A stretch of DNA of 64,000 nt, taken from Sarea resinae. Lineage: Eukaryota. Below are positions 38,531-50,162 of the stretch, one piece after another; the stretch's first letter is position 1, and every line of letters starts with the position of its first letter. Under the pieces are notes generated by a model. That model was not told the DNA's origin. It saw only the letters and a list, made by a program, of their open reading frames with translations, and did no database searches. The position numbers were made by a program, and so were the translations under genes. The stretch covers positions 682,001 to 746,000 of the forward strand of contig JAPEUD010000002.1 in assembly GCA_026026165.1 (NCBI GenBank), given 5' to 3'.

Positions 38531-39764
38531 AGGGGCGAGACAGGGGAGGGACGGGAGATGGGCGGGGGGACGAGAGAGGCAGTGGGGGGAGCATACCAGG
38601 TTTGAGGAGCTGGACAGCGAGGATGATGATTACTATCGAGTCCGTAGAGGCTCCGAGCCGCAGCGGCGGTTTGTGAGTGACGAACTACGCTTTACGGGCC
38701 TTGATTTAGGACAGGCCAGGAATGCGACGTATGATGATTCATCTTACTCTGATGAGTTGGATGTTGGGGAAGAGGAAGCAGTGACGGTGCAGTTGGCCCT
38801 TCGGGATATTAGAGACAAGGAAGAGATATTGGTTGAAAGGGCTCTACAGAGGATTCGACGGGCACAACTCAAGGGGGAATCGAATGTCACCCTAACGAGA
38901 TCGGAGCTGGATGCTCTGGAGCGAAAGAGGATGCAAACGCGCGACCCAGCGATGCCACAAGGCAAGAAAGGTGGCCCCAGGTCGGCTTCGAGTGGGCAAC
39001 CATCGAGAAGGGCGGTCAGTGACCGCCAATATAGGCCTCCGCAAGAAACTATGCGTCCTAGAGCCGGAACTACAACCGCCTACCCTGACACTAGCTCTGC
39101 TTATGCTTCAGGAACCGTGCCCCCGGGGTTTGCTGCCCCACTACGAGGAGACGAAGCGGCCTATGTGGCAAGGGGTTATGGAGGGCATTCAGCTAGCCTA
39201 CCACCCAGTCCTACCTTGCGATCCAGCTTTCCCCATTCGCCCCCTTCTCCTCGACGCCAACGCCAATATCAAGAAAGTCGATATTATTCTGTCCCCGAGA
39301 CTCTCCAGCCTTCCTCGCGACCTCAATCTTCCTCATCTCGCACTCTTCCCGATGACCCGAATTGGATTCCTCGCTCGCGCTCCGCCTCGTCAACTCCAGC
39401 TGTCCATCCCATCGATGCTTTGGCCTACCAGACCCACCAGCCATCACGCGGCTTCTCTGGCCCCCCTGAAGTCCAGTACTCTTCTGTGCGTCGAGCTCCT
39501 CCATATCCAGCAGGCGCGACAGGCGGGCACACAATGCCAGCCAGCTCCTCGGATCCTACTTTGGCGCGCCGGCCTGTTGGGGCTCCGCTATCCTCAGATC
39601 GCTGGACGGACACTCCAAGTACCGAGGATGACGAGGACGAAGACGACGATGACGATGATAGTGGCGTTCACGTCGAGTTCCCTGAGATCGTCGAGCCTCG
39701 TGCCTCTTCGGTGAGTGGGGCTGCTGCTGGTGGAGGTGGGCGGAGAAGAAGGCCGAAGCGATAA
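38463..39764 (+). CDS. -1-frame ORF overlapping the YIP3 end; probable C-terminal extension of Yip3 (charged helical motif plus long disordered Pro/Ser-rich region)
   Basis: Frame open 38424-39764. The track's start at 38508 is GTG; the first in-frame ATG is at 38931, after the QLALRD..KEEILVERALQRIRRAQLKG..ELDALERKR motif. Confidence 0.75.
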   Translation, partial: FRGGGLGGRPRTPYDVPQWGRPSGARQGRDGRWAGGRERQWGEHTRFEELDSEDDDYYRVRRGSEPQRRFVSDELRFTGLDLGQARNATYDDSSYSDELDVGEEEAVTVQLALRDIRDKEEILVERALQRIRRAQLKGESNVTLTRSELDALERKRMQTRDPAMPQGKKGGPRSASSGQPSRRAVSDRQYRPPQETMRPRAGTTTAYPDTSSAYASGTVPPGFAAPLRGDEAAYVARGYGGHSASLPPSPTLRSSFPHSPPSPRRQRQYQESRYYSVPETLQPSSRPQSSSSRTLPDDPNWIPRSRSASSTPAVHPIDALAYQTHQPSRGFSGPPEVQYSSVRRAPPYPAGATGGHTMPASSSDPTLARRPVGAPLSSDRWTDTPSTEDDEDEDDDDDDSGVHVEFPEIVEPRASSVSGAAAGGGGRRRRPKR

Positions 39765-40860
39765 CAATAGTGTCGCTAGGCTCCTCATCCTCTGCTCGGT
39801 CATTCCTAGTTCAACTCGTAGTACATCTGTTTGCTGTTTCGCTCCTGACTATGTTCCTATTCCATTGTCTGTTCTTGCCTTCTTGTCTTTCTTGAATCCT
39901 TTTGGCTGGCTCCCTCTATTGAGGATACACATGGGGCTGTCTGTATGGCTGTGTTTGCATTTTCTAATAAGCGGCGTTCCTCTTGCCTGTTCTAAAATTA
40001 TAGACTTTAACATCATTCATGGATATGTTCTTCCCAACTTGTGCAGAGCAGCTTTATACGTCGCTGGAGTAGGCAAGGCAAATTACCTTCACCGAGGGCC
40101 CACCTCCACTTCTACTCTGAGGTTAGTTGGTTGCTCTACTAGAAATGCTGGTCACGAGGTGCTGCTGATATTCACTGGATTGGTCTTTGCTTCCGATATT
40201 TCGCATTCATTTGGATAACCTCTATTCTGGTCTGCGGAGGATGTGGGCTGTATTCACAGAAGCAGCTCCTGGCTCCGATATCTCGCTTTTCTTTGACGCA
40301 TTCCGTGAGGCTTAGTGAGTATATTCACTATACTGATATCTATTTCCGACATCCCGCTACTCCATTCAGTGCTTCTGATCAGGTCTAGGGGGAGCAGATC
40401 GAAGTCACTGCAATCATTTTCATCTACGGTAATCCGTGGTTGTTTCAGTGTTCCTGGGGGAGAATGTCTGCATTCACTTTTGGCTTTCGCTGTCCGAAAA
40501 TGCGTCACTTTTCTGATGAGGTCTACTTTACTTAGCTATAACATTTGCAGAGCAAGTGTGGACCTGTCTTCACTGGCTCTGACTACTAAACACCGACATC
40601 CTACTGAAGGAGACAATCTCATTCCCAGCATCTCAGTCCGGGTGTTTTCGTCATCGTTCGGATGTGACTTATGCTGAAGAATCTTAACAAACCACTCAAA
40701 GATGCCCACTCATGTGAATATCTATCTCTAGAGAAAGGCATTGACATCAGCTGGCCCGAAGCGATGACTTGCTCTGAGTATATATCTCTTCTAGACTCAC
40801 TTGTTCTATAGAGTATCTCGGAGGACGAGCATCAGACTTACCTTGTGGCTCTCTGCGAAC

Positions 40861-41971
40861 ATGTCTCACAACAACATCAGCGTCGCCATCGACACAACAC
40901 CCGAAAATGACTGGGTGGAGAAGCCTGAAGTCCAGAGCAGCGACACGACCAGCATCACGCCAACGGAAGAGCCTATACCCTTCCGGAAACGGCCATCAAA
41001 CAAGACAAGTGGGAGTTTATCAGAGACCATGGTCAGGTAAGATGCCCTGACAAGCCACAAATAGACGTCTCGCCGGGTCCACTCTGACCAGAACTCCAGC
41101 CTCATGAAGGATGATCAATATACCGACTTCACGATCTACGTAGGGCCCGAGAACATCAAGCTGAGATCCCACTACGCCATCTGGAGCCTTCGTACCGACT
41201 TCTTCGAGCGGGCGAAACAGGGCTGGAAGGAAGGCCAGGAGAACGTCTTCCGCTTTGAGCACCTCGACCCTCTCGCTTTCTTCCGCGCCATGCAATTCGT
41301 GTATCTGGGAGACTACGCAGTATCCCCGCAACTGTACGGCCGCACAGGTAAGAAGCAACTTCCCCCACCGCTCTCGTTCCAAGCATAGCGAACACCAACA
41401 CCTCACCCTCTTCCTGCGCAGACGAAGAGATGTTCGCGACCTCGTTCCCCGGCATCCCCTTCGACGACCCGGCCACCGACTCCCACAGCCGCGAGATCTT
41501 CCGCAACATCGCCGTCCAAAACGTCGCCGACTACCTGCAGATGGCGGACCTGGACGGGCTCGCGGCCGAGAAATTCCGCGCCGCGTTCCAGCAGCCGTAC
41601 GCCTACGAGATCCTGCCCGCCGTCGTGCGCGACGTCTTCACGACGCCCACGACCGGCTGCGCCGCATCCTCGTCGAAGAGGTCGCCAAGAAGGTCGACGA
41701 GCTCTACTACCGCCGCGACTTCCGCGACTGCTTGAGGGCGTTCCCGGACTTGAATTTGCGCCTCGTCGAGCACCTGATTCCGGGCGGGGCGGCGGCGGCG
41801 GCCATGCGGCCGAGGCGCATGTTTTGCAGGACGTGCTGGCACGTCCAGACCTTCTACTCCGGCGACGCCAAGCGGAAGAAACGGGCCAAGGAGGCAAGAC
41901 GGGCTGAGGAGGAGGCTGCGGAAGAGCAAGCGATTGTGGAGGGGCCGAATGAAATGGATGTCTGGGAATGA
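40861..41971 (+). pseudogene. BTB/POZ domain protein gene with an apparent 1-nt frameshift near 41646
   Basis: BTB start YTDFTIYVG...HYAIWSLRTDFF...WKEG...F...MQFVYLGDY, and ADYLQMADL. The helical tail continues in the -1 frame (DRLRRILVE...FRDCLRAFPDL). Confidence 0.65.
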
Positions 41972-42547
41972 TCATTCTGTGTCTTCCATTCCTGCGCTCA
42001 ACTACAAATTTCCATTTGTCGATACCCCTGTATTCATTCCTACATTGCTGTCATGTATATTGTTTTTTACATTTCACGAGCGAGACGGACAGAGTCGGAT
42101 AGATGATTATAGACAGTCTATACTGACACAAGGATAGATTAGACGTCAGAAGAACTGTCAATTCATCATCAACCTCCTTTGTACTTGCACGCTCATATAC
42201 GAATGATTCTGTACGAGGACATAACTTGACAATAGCTAATGTTACAATCTCTGATGTGTCCAAGACGACTGCTTTCACCATTCGTTTGATTCTATTTCTG
42301 CAGACTGCGGACTGCGGAATTCGTTTCCTCACTCATGCACGATAACAGCTTCTGTTCTAGAGCATAAAAAACCCGCTAAAAACACGCGCCGAAGACGACT
42401 TGATAACAATGCAGCCACCCTATTCCGCGTCCTAAGATGCCGTTGTGATAGTGAATTCCCCGAAAAGAAGTATGCCACCTAGTCTGACCTTTGAAGGAAT
42501 GACATCCGTCACACTCGTAGATCTCGACAAACGCCCCGAGTACCCAG

Positions 42548-45500
42548 TTAAGTCGGATCGAAAACAATCCTATCCTCCGCCGCCCTGGCCCTAACATTCC
42601 GTGCCAATTCGGCATCAGCGCCAATGGCCTCGTCAATCTTGCGCTTGTGGCCGGCCCTTTTACCAAAGAGACAACCCCACAGATCCTCCTCGGAGACCAG
42701 CTCACCACCCCCCATCGATTCTTTCATCATAAGTTTTTCCAAAGGTGCCGACTGCAACTCCAATGAATTTGCAACGTCAATGGTGCTCTCTTGAAGCAAC
42801 GGAGTACCGGTACCCGACGCGTCTGCGCCTGTATCTGCAGAATGACCTTCGCGCGACAGTAGCGACGCTGACGACATATGTGCCAAGCGTCTGGACACAG
42901 AGAGCTCATATATGGACTCTTCGACCGTGTCTTTGACGAGGTACATCCAAATGGTGGTTTCCTGGTGCTGACCGATTCTATGCACCCTCGCGATGGCTTG
43001 CAGCTCAATCGCAGTGTTTATGAGTGGCTCACACAAGAAAACGTGCGTGGCGTTTACAAGATTGAGGCCCGAGCTGTGAGCTCTGGCGTGCAATAAGAAA
43101 CACTCTATGGCTGGATCTTGTTTGAAGCTTTCGATACCATTCTTGGTGTCGATGGATGTGTGCCCAATGCGGAATTTTTTAAACGCATCATGCAGGAAAA
43201 GCAGAAAGACTTTGTATTGTGAGAAAATGATCGATTTGGCGCCTGGGTCATTCGCGCGAATCCAGAGGATGTGACGAGCTATGCTATCAATTTTCGTACC
43301 AAAGGACCCGTTAAGGTCAATGTTCTTGATCTGGGACAGGGTGGACTTTGATATGTCCTTATAGAACGCAGAATTCTGTTTCGACGAGAAGGAGTTGGCA
43401 GTGTCTTCTTCTTGTACCTGAAGCTCTTGCGGTTTATATCTAGTTAAGAGTTAGTACCCTTCGATCTATGAGTGGAGCAAGACGAATGTGATTACGTACA
43501 CGATATCATGAATATCATTCTTCCGAAGGTGCTTCTTGCAGACTGGACAGGTCCTATGCTGCCGCCACCACAAGTCGAGACATTCCTTGCAATACTGGTG
43601 ACCACAGACTGTCAATGCACCAAGCTCAAAATCGCCACGACATATAACGCAAATGCGCTGAGATGAGGGATCAACGGATTCCTTCCTCAGATACATGAGG
43701 TAACGACTCGTCGACTTTAGTGAGGCAAGCTTATCGGCCAGTTTGGCCTCAGCAGCAAGCATTTTCGCCAATTCCTCTTCGTCAAGCCTTCCTTCGTTCT
43801 CGTAAGGCGCTACCGTATCTGATATGTGTTGTAGTTGGCGATAAAATTCTACCCGCGCATTCATAGCAGTTCGATAGATCTCCACCTCCTTTTCCAATCC
43901 TGATGCAGCTTTGGTCTGCTCATTCGAGATGCGATGTAGATGTTGAAGGTGTTTTTCGACGATAGCTAGCTCGGTCGAGGCTCGACTGCTTCCTCCTTCT
44001 GCTTGCCAACGTAGGGTAGAAGCCAGACCCCGGAGTCCAGCAACGATGCCCCTCAGAGAGCCCAATTCTTCTTCGGGTTTAAGATACGCTCGTTTGGTTA
44101 AGAGTTCTTGCATCAGCTTCGGCAATGGTCCTTCCCCGTCCTTCGCGCTTCTCATCGCTGACTTCATTTCTTCTTTGATGAGAATATTGTCTTGGCCAGT
44201 AATGGCGTCATTTCGGTCAGCGACGGCCGCTCGAATAGCAGTCATGTATGCGACGACTTGCTCTTGGTGTTTTGTAGAGACTTCGTACTCATCCCCTTGC
44301 AAGTCGTCCCCTTCATCTTCGTCTACCAATGGCTGCAAAAGTAATCTGATCATCTGGTCCCTCCATTCGTCTAAGAGATTTGCCTGCTTATTCAGACACG
44401 ATCCCAGCATGTCCAAGTTTTCGATGATCTTTTGGTTTTCGAGACCTCCGAGGTCTAACGATTCTTCAATGTCTGGGATCTGAACAAAAGAGTGATCTTG
44501 ATCTTTTCTTCTCAGCATCCTCATTGATCGATCCGCCTTTCGATGTACATCCTTTAGAATCTCTCGCCTGATCATTTTTGCCTTCTCGTAATACTCACCC
44601 TCAAGCTTTTCAAGCTCACTGAATTGTTCGGAGTCCGGTTTGGTAAGGTCAGTATTAGTCTTCAGCTGAAAAAATCCATTGGCAGCAAAGAACGTGCAAA
44701 CGTGCTCGACTTCGAGGGCTCCTCTCAGCCGGTTTCTGCAAGTCGATACAAGGCCTCGAGACCCTGCAGCCCCTTCGCCGTCATCTGAATCGGAACTGCT
44801 TTCTCCATTAGTAAGCTTTGCCTTTTCTGCACTATGTTCATTGCATTCTGCTACGCCTTTAATGGCATTTTCGAGCAGAACACGATTCTCAGCCACGATG
44901 GCGTGCGCTCGCTCTCGGGCAGGCAGCCAAATATCAAGCGCATTTTGTGTCCGCTTAGCCTCCTCAAGCATCTGCCCTCGTAGAATCTGCGACATCATTA
45001 AAGTGCGCTCCTCTGTTCGGATCGCAAGATCGTTTTGGTCGATCATCACTTGAAGTACCTCATCAACGGTACGTAAAGGACCGTCGTTGTGCCCCAGAGC
45101 ACGCCGATTAGGGGGTGCTACTCCAGCATGGAGACAAGTCTGACGTAAACTCACAAGCCATCTTCTCATCTTTGCTACTGTAGCGGATGATTCCGGATCC
45201 CACGAATCGTTTAGAGGACCTCCCTGGCGATCCAAGCCAACATCTTCACACATATTATGATACAGCTGTGTGTAGTGCTGCTCCTCTATTTGAGTAAATG
45301 GAACTGTGATCACAATTCGATTTTGTCGTGGAAGTCGAAGCTCTTCCCGCACATATTCTTTAGAGTGTCGCAGAGAAATTTGACCAAAGATGGCTTTGAA
45401 TGAATTCATGAAGTCGGTCATAGGCAACTTTGGCCATGTGTAACCGGGTCTGTGGCGGCTTGAGAGCCTCCCATTGCTAAGCTTACCGCCCACGAGACGA

Positions 45501-47209
45501 TTCCAGAGGGAGCTGGAGTAACAAAATGGTTCGTAACGGAGGAAGATCAATAAGCCTAGTAGATCTTTCACATCCTTCCGTACCGGTGTTCCAGAAACTG
45601 CCCAGGCGTTGCAACGCGGAATAAGTTTAGCAACTGTGGCTGCGTTGCTCACACCACTCTCCACCATCTGGGCCTCATCAAGGCAAACTCGCCACCAAGA
45701 AATTTGAACGAGGGGGCTTTTTCGGGGCTGATACTTTTTCTCATTTCTCAATATTCGACCTGGAGCGCTCTTCGCATAGTGTATCTCGCCTGCGAGAACA
45801 CTGTAGGTTGTTAAAACCACATCTTGTCTCAGTAGCACGTCTATTAGTTCTCTGTCTTCGAGCTTGGCACCACTTTTTCTGACTCCCTCGTAATGGAAAA
45901 TTTTGAGATTTGGAGCATGAGCGACAATCTCTGTCCTCCATTGCTCTAGGATCGCAGGTGGTGTAATCACGAGAGTTGCGGGAGAAGGCCGAACCATTTG
46001 TCCTGAATATGAATCATAAATAGGGCCAATTTCTTGCATCTTCCGTTTATTCAAGCAGATCAGTGCGATAATTTCCGCCGTTTTCCCTAGCCCCATTTCC
46101 TCCGCGAGAATACCACCGCGAATGTGGCTGTTAATCCCTCTCAGACTTCCCAGATCAGATGTAGCGGACCCAAGGAGTTTGCTCGCATAGCAAGGGCGAT
46201 CTGCCGCATCCGTCGTCGGAAAAAATGAAGGAGGAATCTCCTCCTGGCTCTGCTCTTGCGGAATAATTTCGCCACTGTCATCGATCTGGACACATTCCCT
46301 TCTAAGCAGCCAGTTTACTGCCCGCCGTTGAAATGGATATAGCTGGCATGCAAGTTGCGCATCCTGAATGGCGGGTGAAACAATTTCATCTTTGGGTGGG
46401 GTGTGGACACAATCGTAGAACAGTTGTGGAGACCAAGTTCCTGCCACAGTTGGCAAGTCTAATGGGAGATATTGGCGGACTAGCTCTCCATTGAGTTCCG
46501 CTGTGCAGTCGGTCAATGACTGTGCGTTCTTGACAAACAGCTTGGTCCGCAGCTTTAAAACACTTCCCTTCACTGCATCTGGACAGCTCACGTAGAATAG
46601 TGAGGAAAACGGTGGTGGCTGTCCCGCATATCTCTTACTATTTGCATGCTTATTCAATCTTGCACCGAGGAAAACATCTTTCCAAACTAAATGTAAGTCT
46701 TCGGATATCAGGTTCAGGCGCAGGGTTTGTATGCTGCCTGGCAGGCCGAACGTGATCTCGTAACGGGTCGTATTCTGGGTTTGATCGATATCATTGTGGT
46801 TGTTGGCCTTACAGATAGACTCAATGACCACTAGCTTCGGCATCTCGAATTTCTTGCATAACGAGGTGTCTGGGCACGGCTTGGTGCAATCGAAGACCTG
46901 AGGGAAACATCAGTACGCAAGCGGTAAATGATGAATTGGCTTGAGACATCTTACAATAACGATTTCCGATTGAGCCACAGTGACAAAGTCACCGCTGTCC
47001 ATCCAAGAGGCTGGCTTTTCATTGTTTTCCAACTCCTCCAGTCGAGATCTCTTGGTTGCACACTGTTTCCATGTTGCGTTGCCATCCTCGAAATTATCCA
47101 GGAAAGATAGGACAGTAGAAGCGGAATGGTCTGTAGAGTCAGCGAAGGTGCTGGTCTGAGAATGGGGAGTCGTACCTAAAGCTTTTGCAACAATATGTGG
47201 GGGCTGCAT
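42548..47209 (-). CDS. SNF2-family helicase with RING finger (Irc20/SHPRH-like E3 ligase)
   Basis: LYPFQRRAVNW; GGILAEEMGLGKT; WWRVCLDEAQ; VSGTP; RING CVIC...CGHQYCKEC...CPVC; GLNLVNATHVFLCEPLIN...QAIARVHRIGQ. Start codon uncertain. Confidence 0.92.
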
Positions 47210-47844
47210 CGCGGCGGAACGAGCAATTGAGGAAAGCCTTGGATAGAGAAGTGGTGCATTCCCATGAATCGTGATGGACTGGACAAAATGGATCGAGGGT
47301 GAAAGAAGAGAGGAATTTTGAGATGTGGTGAATGTGTGTATGGGTGTACTGATGTGTACGGAGAGCAAGCTACCGTATGTAGAAGAGGATAGAGGAAAGA
47401 GAAAATAGAGGAGAGGAAAGTAGGAAGGAGGAAAGAGGAAAGAGCCTCGGAGGCCAGTCCCGCAAGGTACCTGTGATCCACGACGAGCTTTATCTTATCT
47501 TATCGTTAGTGGCGGGAAAGATGTCTTGCTGGTTCTCTAGTATGAAGTATTTGCGATTATCACTAATCGTAAGCTTATCGAGTCTGTACCTTCCGCCGAA
47601 GATCGAAGTATTACACTACAGTACATAGCCTTATTTTCACGATGAAAGAAAAAATACGATAGCGTCAATACAATTCATTATTCGATTCTCGCAGCAATAT
47701 GGATATCGTCATAGGAAGAAAAAGTACGCCGTGGTAGAGCTCCCTTCGAACAGTATAAAATGAGAAACGACAAGAAAGACAAAATCCCCGGACAGCCCCG
47801 TGCAAAGTCTTCTCCATTCGGCATCAGACGCTCTCAGTCCTTGT

Positions 47845-49092
47845 CTAGACGACTGGAGCTATCCAGACCTTTCCGACGCATTCTTTATTGAGCTTTGCCA
47901 GCATACCACGACTTCCCGTATACACTTGAGTCGCACACTCACCGCTTTCCAACCTCCATGTCTCAATCTCCGAGAGATCGTTGAGCTCTTGGACATGGGC
48001 GTTACTTTGCATGCACAATGGCCCTATGATCCAGTCGACCGTTTCTAGGTGCTCCATCTCCTGGAGCGAGCCATCCATGCGGCGGTTATGCCAGACTAAC
48101 CGCTGCCAGTCATTACCGAAGAGCTCGTAATGCGAGTCCATGAGCGGCTTGGGAATGGTCACTTGTAGTATCCCCACAGGTACAACATGCTCTTGATATC
48201 TTTTCCGGGCGAATTGCGCGTATTCCCATGCCACCGCACACATTTTGGTTAGGTACAAGCCTCTGACGAAATAATCGAAGTCTTCTGGGGGCGTGGAGCC
48301 GAGTGCTGAGAAGTTGAGAGTGCCATCATCTTTCAGGAACTGGCCGAATCGAGCCATCGTTGCTCCCTTGAAGAATATCGTATGCCCTTCGACTTCTCTT
48401 GGCGGTTCTTCGATCTCAGTTGCCGCAGATGGTTCGGGCCTTCTGAAAGTTCCCACGGGGAGAGTATCGGCCAAAACCTGACCTTGGGCGGATTGTGGGG
48501 TGATGGTGGGGCCGACCAGTGATTCATGACCTTGCCCTCATCTTCCATGTCGGCCACTCCCTCGCGTAGGATCCTTTATTACATCATCGAGACTTTTGAG
48601 AAACTCCCAGCGCGCATGCATAGTATCCATGAACCACTCCTGGACGGTTCCAGTTAGCCTTAGTTGCCGGAATTCCTCAGTCATCAGCCGCTTCTGATAG
48701 CCTTTTAAGATGCCCATGTTGTCCATCACTTGGTACCGCTGCTCGTCCGTTTCGTGGCACGAAGGGTTGTCGTCAAAACTTAGAATGTGCTTCTCGCCAT
48801 AATTTACTACTCCAGTCTTCCACGGCATCAGCCATAGATCTTGCTGGTACCAGTCCCTGATCTTTTGTGCGATTTCTGGAGTGAATTCGACGAACACGAG
48901 CGTCTCAAGGCTTTCACTGGCTTCTGGAATCATGACGGTTTCTTTGCTTTCGATCGATGATTCAGATAGATATGACGTATTGGAGACTGCGCGGACTCCA
49001 TTTCGAAGAGGTGCGTCGTCACCTCTCGCACGTAAGATCTGGAGGGCGCTATCAGAAATGACTCGCACCGACGTAGTGCTGCTACTGCTCAT
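47845..49092 (-). pseudogene. 415-codon hypothetical gene interrupted by one in-frame TGA; C-terminal half DUF3990-like
   Basis: ORFs 48538-49092 and 47845-48474 are in the same frame, separated only by TGA at 48540-48538 and 21 sense codons. No convincing intron covers the stop. Confidence 0.6.
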
Positions 49093-49535
49093 GATTGTGG
49101 GAGTCTAAGCAGATACTTGAGGGACTCAAAAACGGTCGACTTTGAGGTGAGCTGAGCTGAGTTGGGGTAAGTTAAGCTGAGTTGAGCTGAGTCGACTTGA
49201 GGTAGATGGGTGCAAGGTTTTGTTCGAGTGAGGCTTTAGTGAGGTTCGAGCGAGGTTGACCAACACAAAGAAGGTACTCTCCAGGCAATCCAGCGGATGT
49301 GTCAACAGTTGGTGGACGTTGGTGACAGGTAAGGTTAAATAAATGATATTCAAGCTCGCAAGGTAGGCGGTGGGTACCGATTTAGGTTTGCTGACCGCCT
49401 TAGGCCAGTTGTGACGCAGTGAACGGTGAGTCTTTATCAGACCAAGTAAATATCGTATAATGGCTGCGAAGTAGCGCCTGCCTCTTGCTGGTGGCCGTGG
49501 AGATTATTGCCAGGTGCCACTGAGGAAGAAAAGTT

Positions 49536-50162
49536 TCAGATATCCAATGAGATCCATGCTTCTTTCTCAAGCCGTAATCCATCCTCTCGTTCGCGTCTCT
49601 GTTGTTTCGTCTTCTCCTTCTTCGCCCTCTTCGGTGCTTCTTAATCCACCACCTCATCTGCATCCCTCATCTCCTCATCCCAATCATACACAGCAACGGC
49701 AGGCACCGCCACCATCTGCGAGTCCCGTATTCCGCGCGCCGATCTCTCCCGTCTCTAAACCATCCCCAAAGCGCTGGTACGTAGTGAGATCCTGCCAATC
49801 CCCATCGCCATCCTCTACCTTTCGCGCCGCAGCAGCATTCTTAGCCCCCTTCTTACCCTTCTTCTGAACTCCGTTACCACCCCCACTCTCACCTATACGC
49901 TCGTCCTCGGCGTCCATCCCCTCGACATCCGCGCCCAATTCTCGCTCCGAAGCCCGGTTTCCACCCCCCGCAGTTGATGCAGCAGTAGTCCCTCGTCTGC
50001 CGCGCCGCTCCGTGAGTAGTGCGTGTGCGGCGAGGCTGGGTTCGTCGCTGTGAATGGTAGGTACGCGGATATGTGCTCGAGGGTTGTGGAGGCGGAGATG
50101 GGGTTTGTGTGCGATGGGTTGGTGCGCAGGGGCGGTTAGGCGTGCATGGTTGTGGATGCCAT
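49536..50162 (-). pseudogene. RNA polymerase I subunit A14 (Rpa14/ker1-like) pseudogene
   Basis: Pieces in shifting frames: MASTTMHA*PPLR, NPSLAAHALLTE, LLLHQLRGVETGLR, WQDLTTYQR, GEIGARN, VD*EAPKRAKKEKTKQQRRERE. Two in-frame TAA and several frameshifts. Confidence 0.62.

Noticed and set aside
38482..38676. Stop readthrough of the YIP3 UAG into the 64-codon in-frame ORF
   Set aside because: The peptide looks like a shadow of the -1 ORF, the stop lacks a CARYYA or CUA readthrough context, and readthrough would not explain the long -1 ORF.
38911..39714. 267-aa overlapping ORF in another frame of the YIP3 extension
   Set aside because: Typical off-frame composition in GC-rich coding DNA with no independent support.
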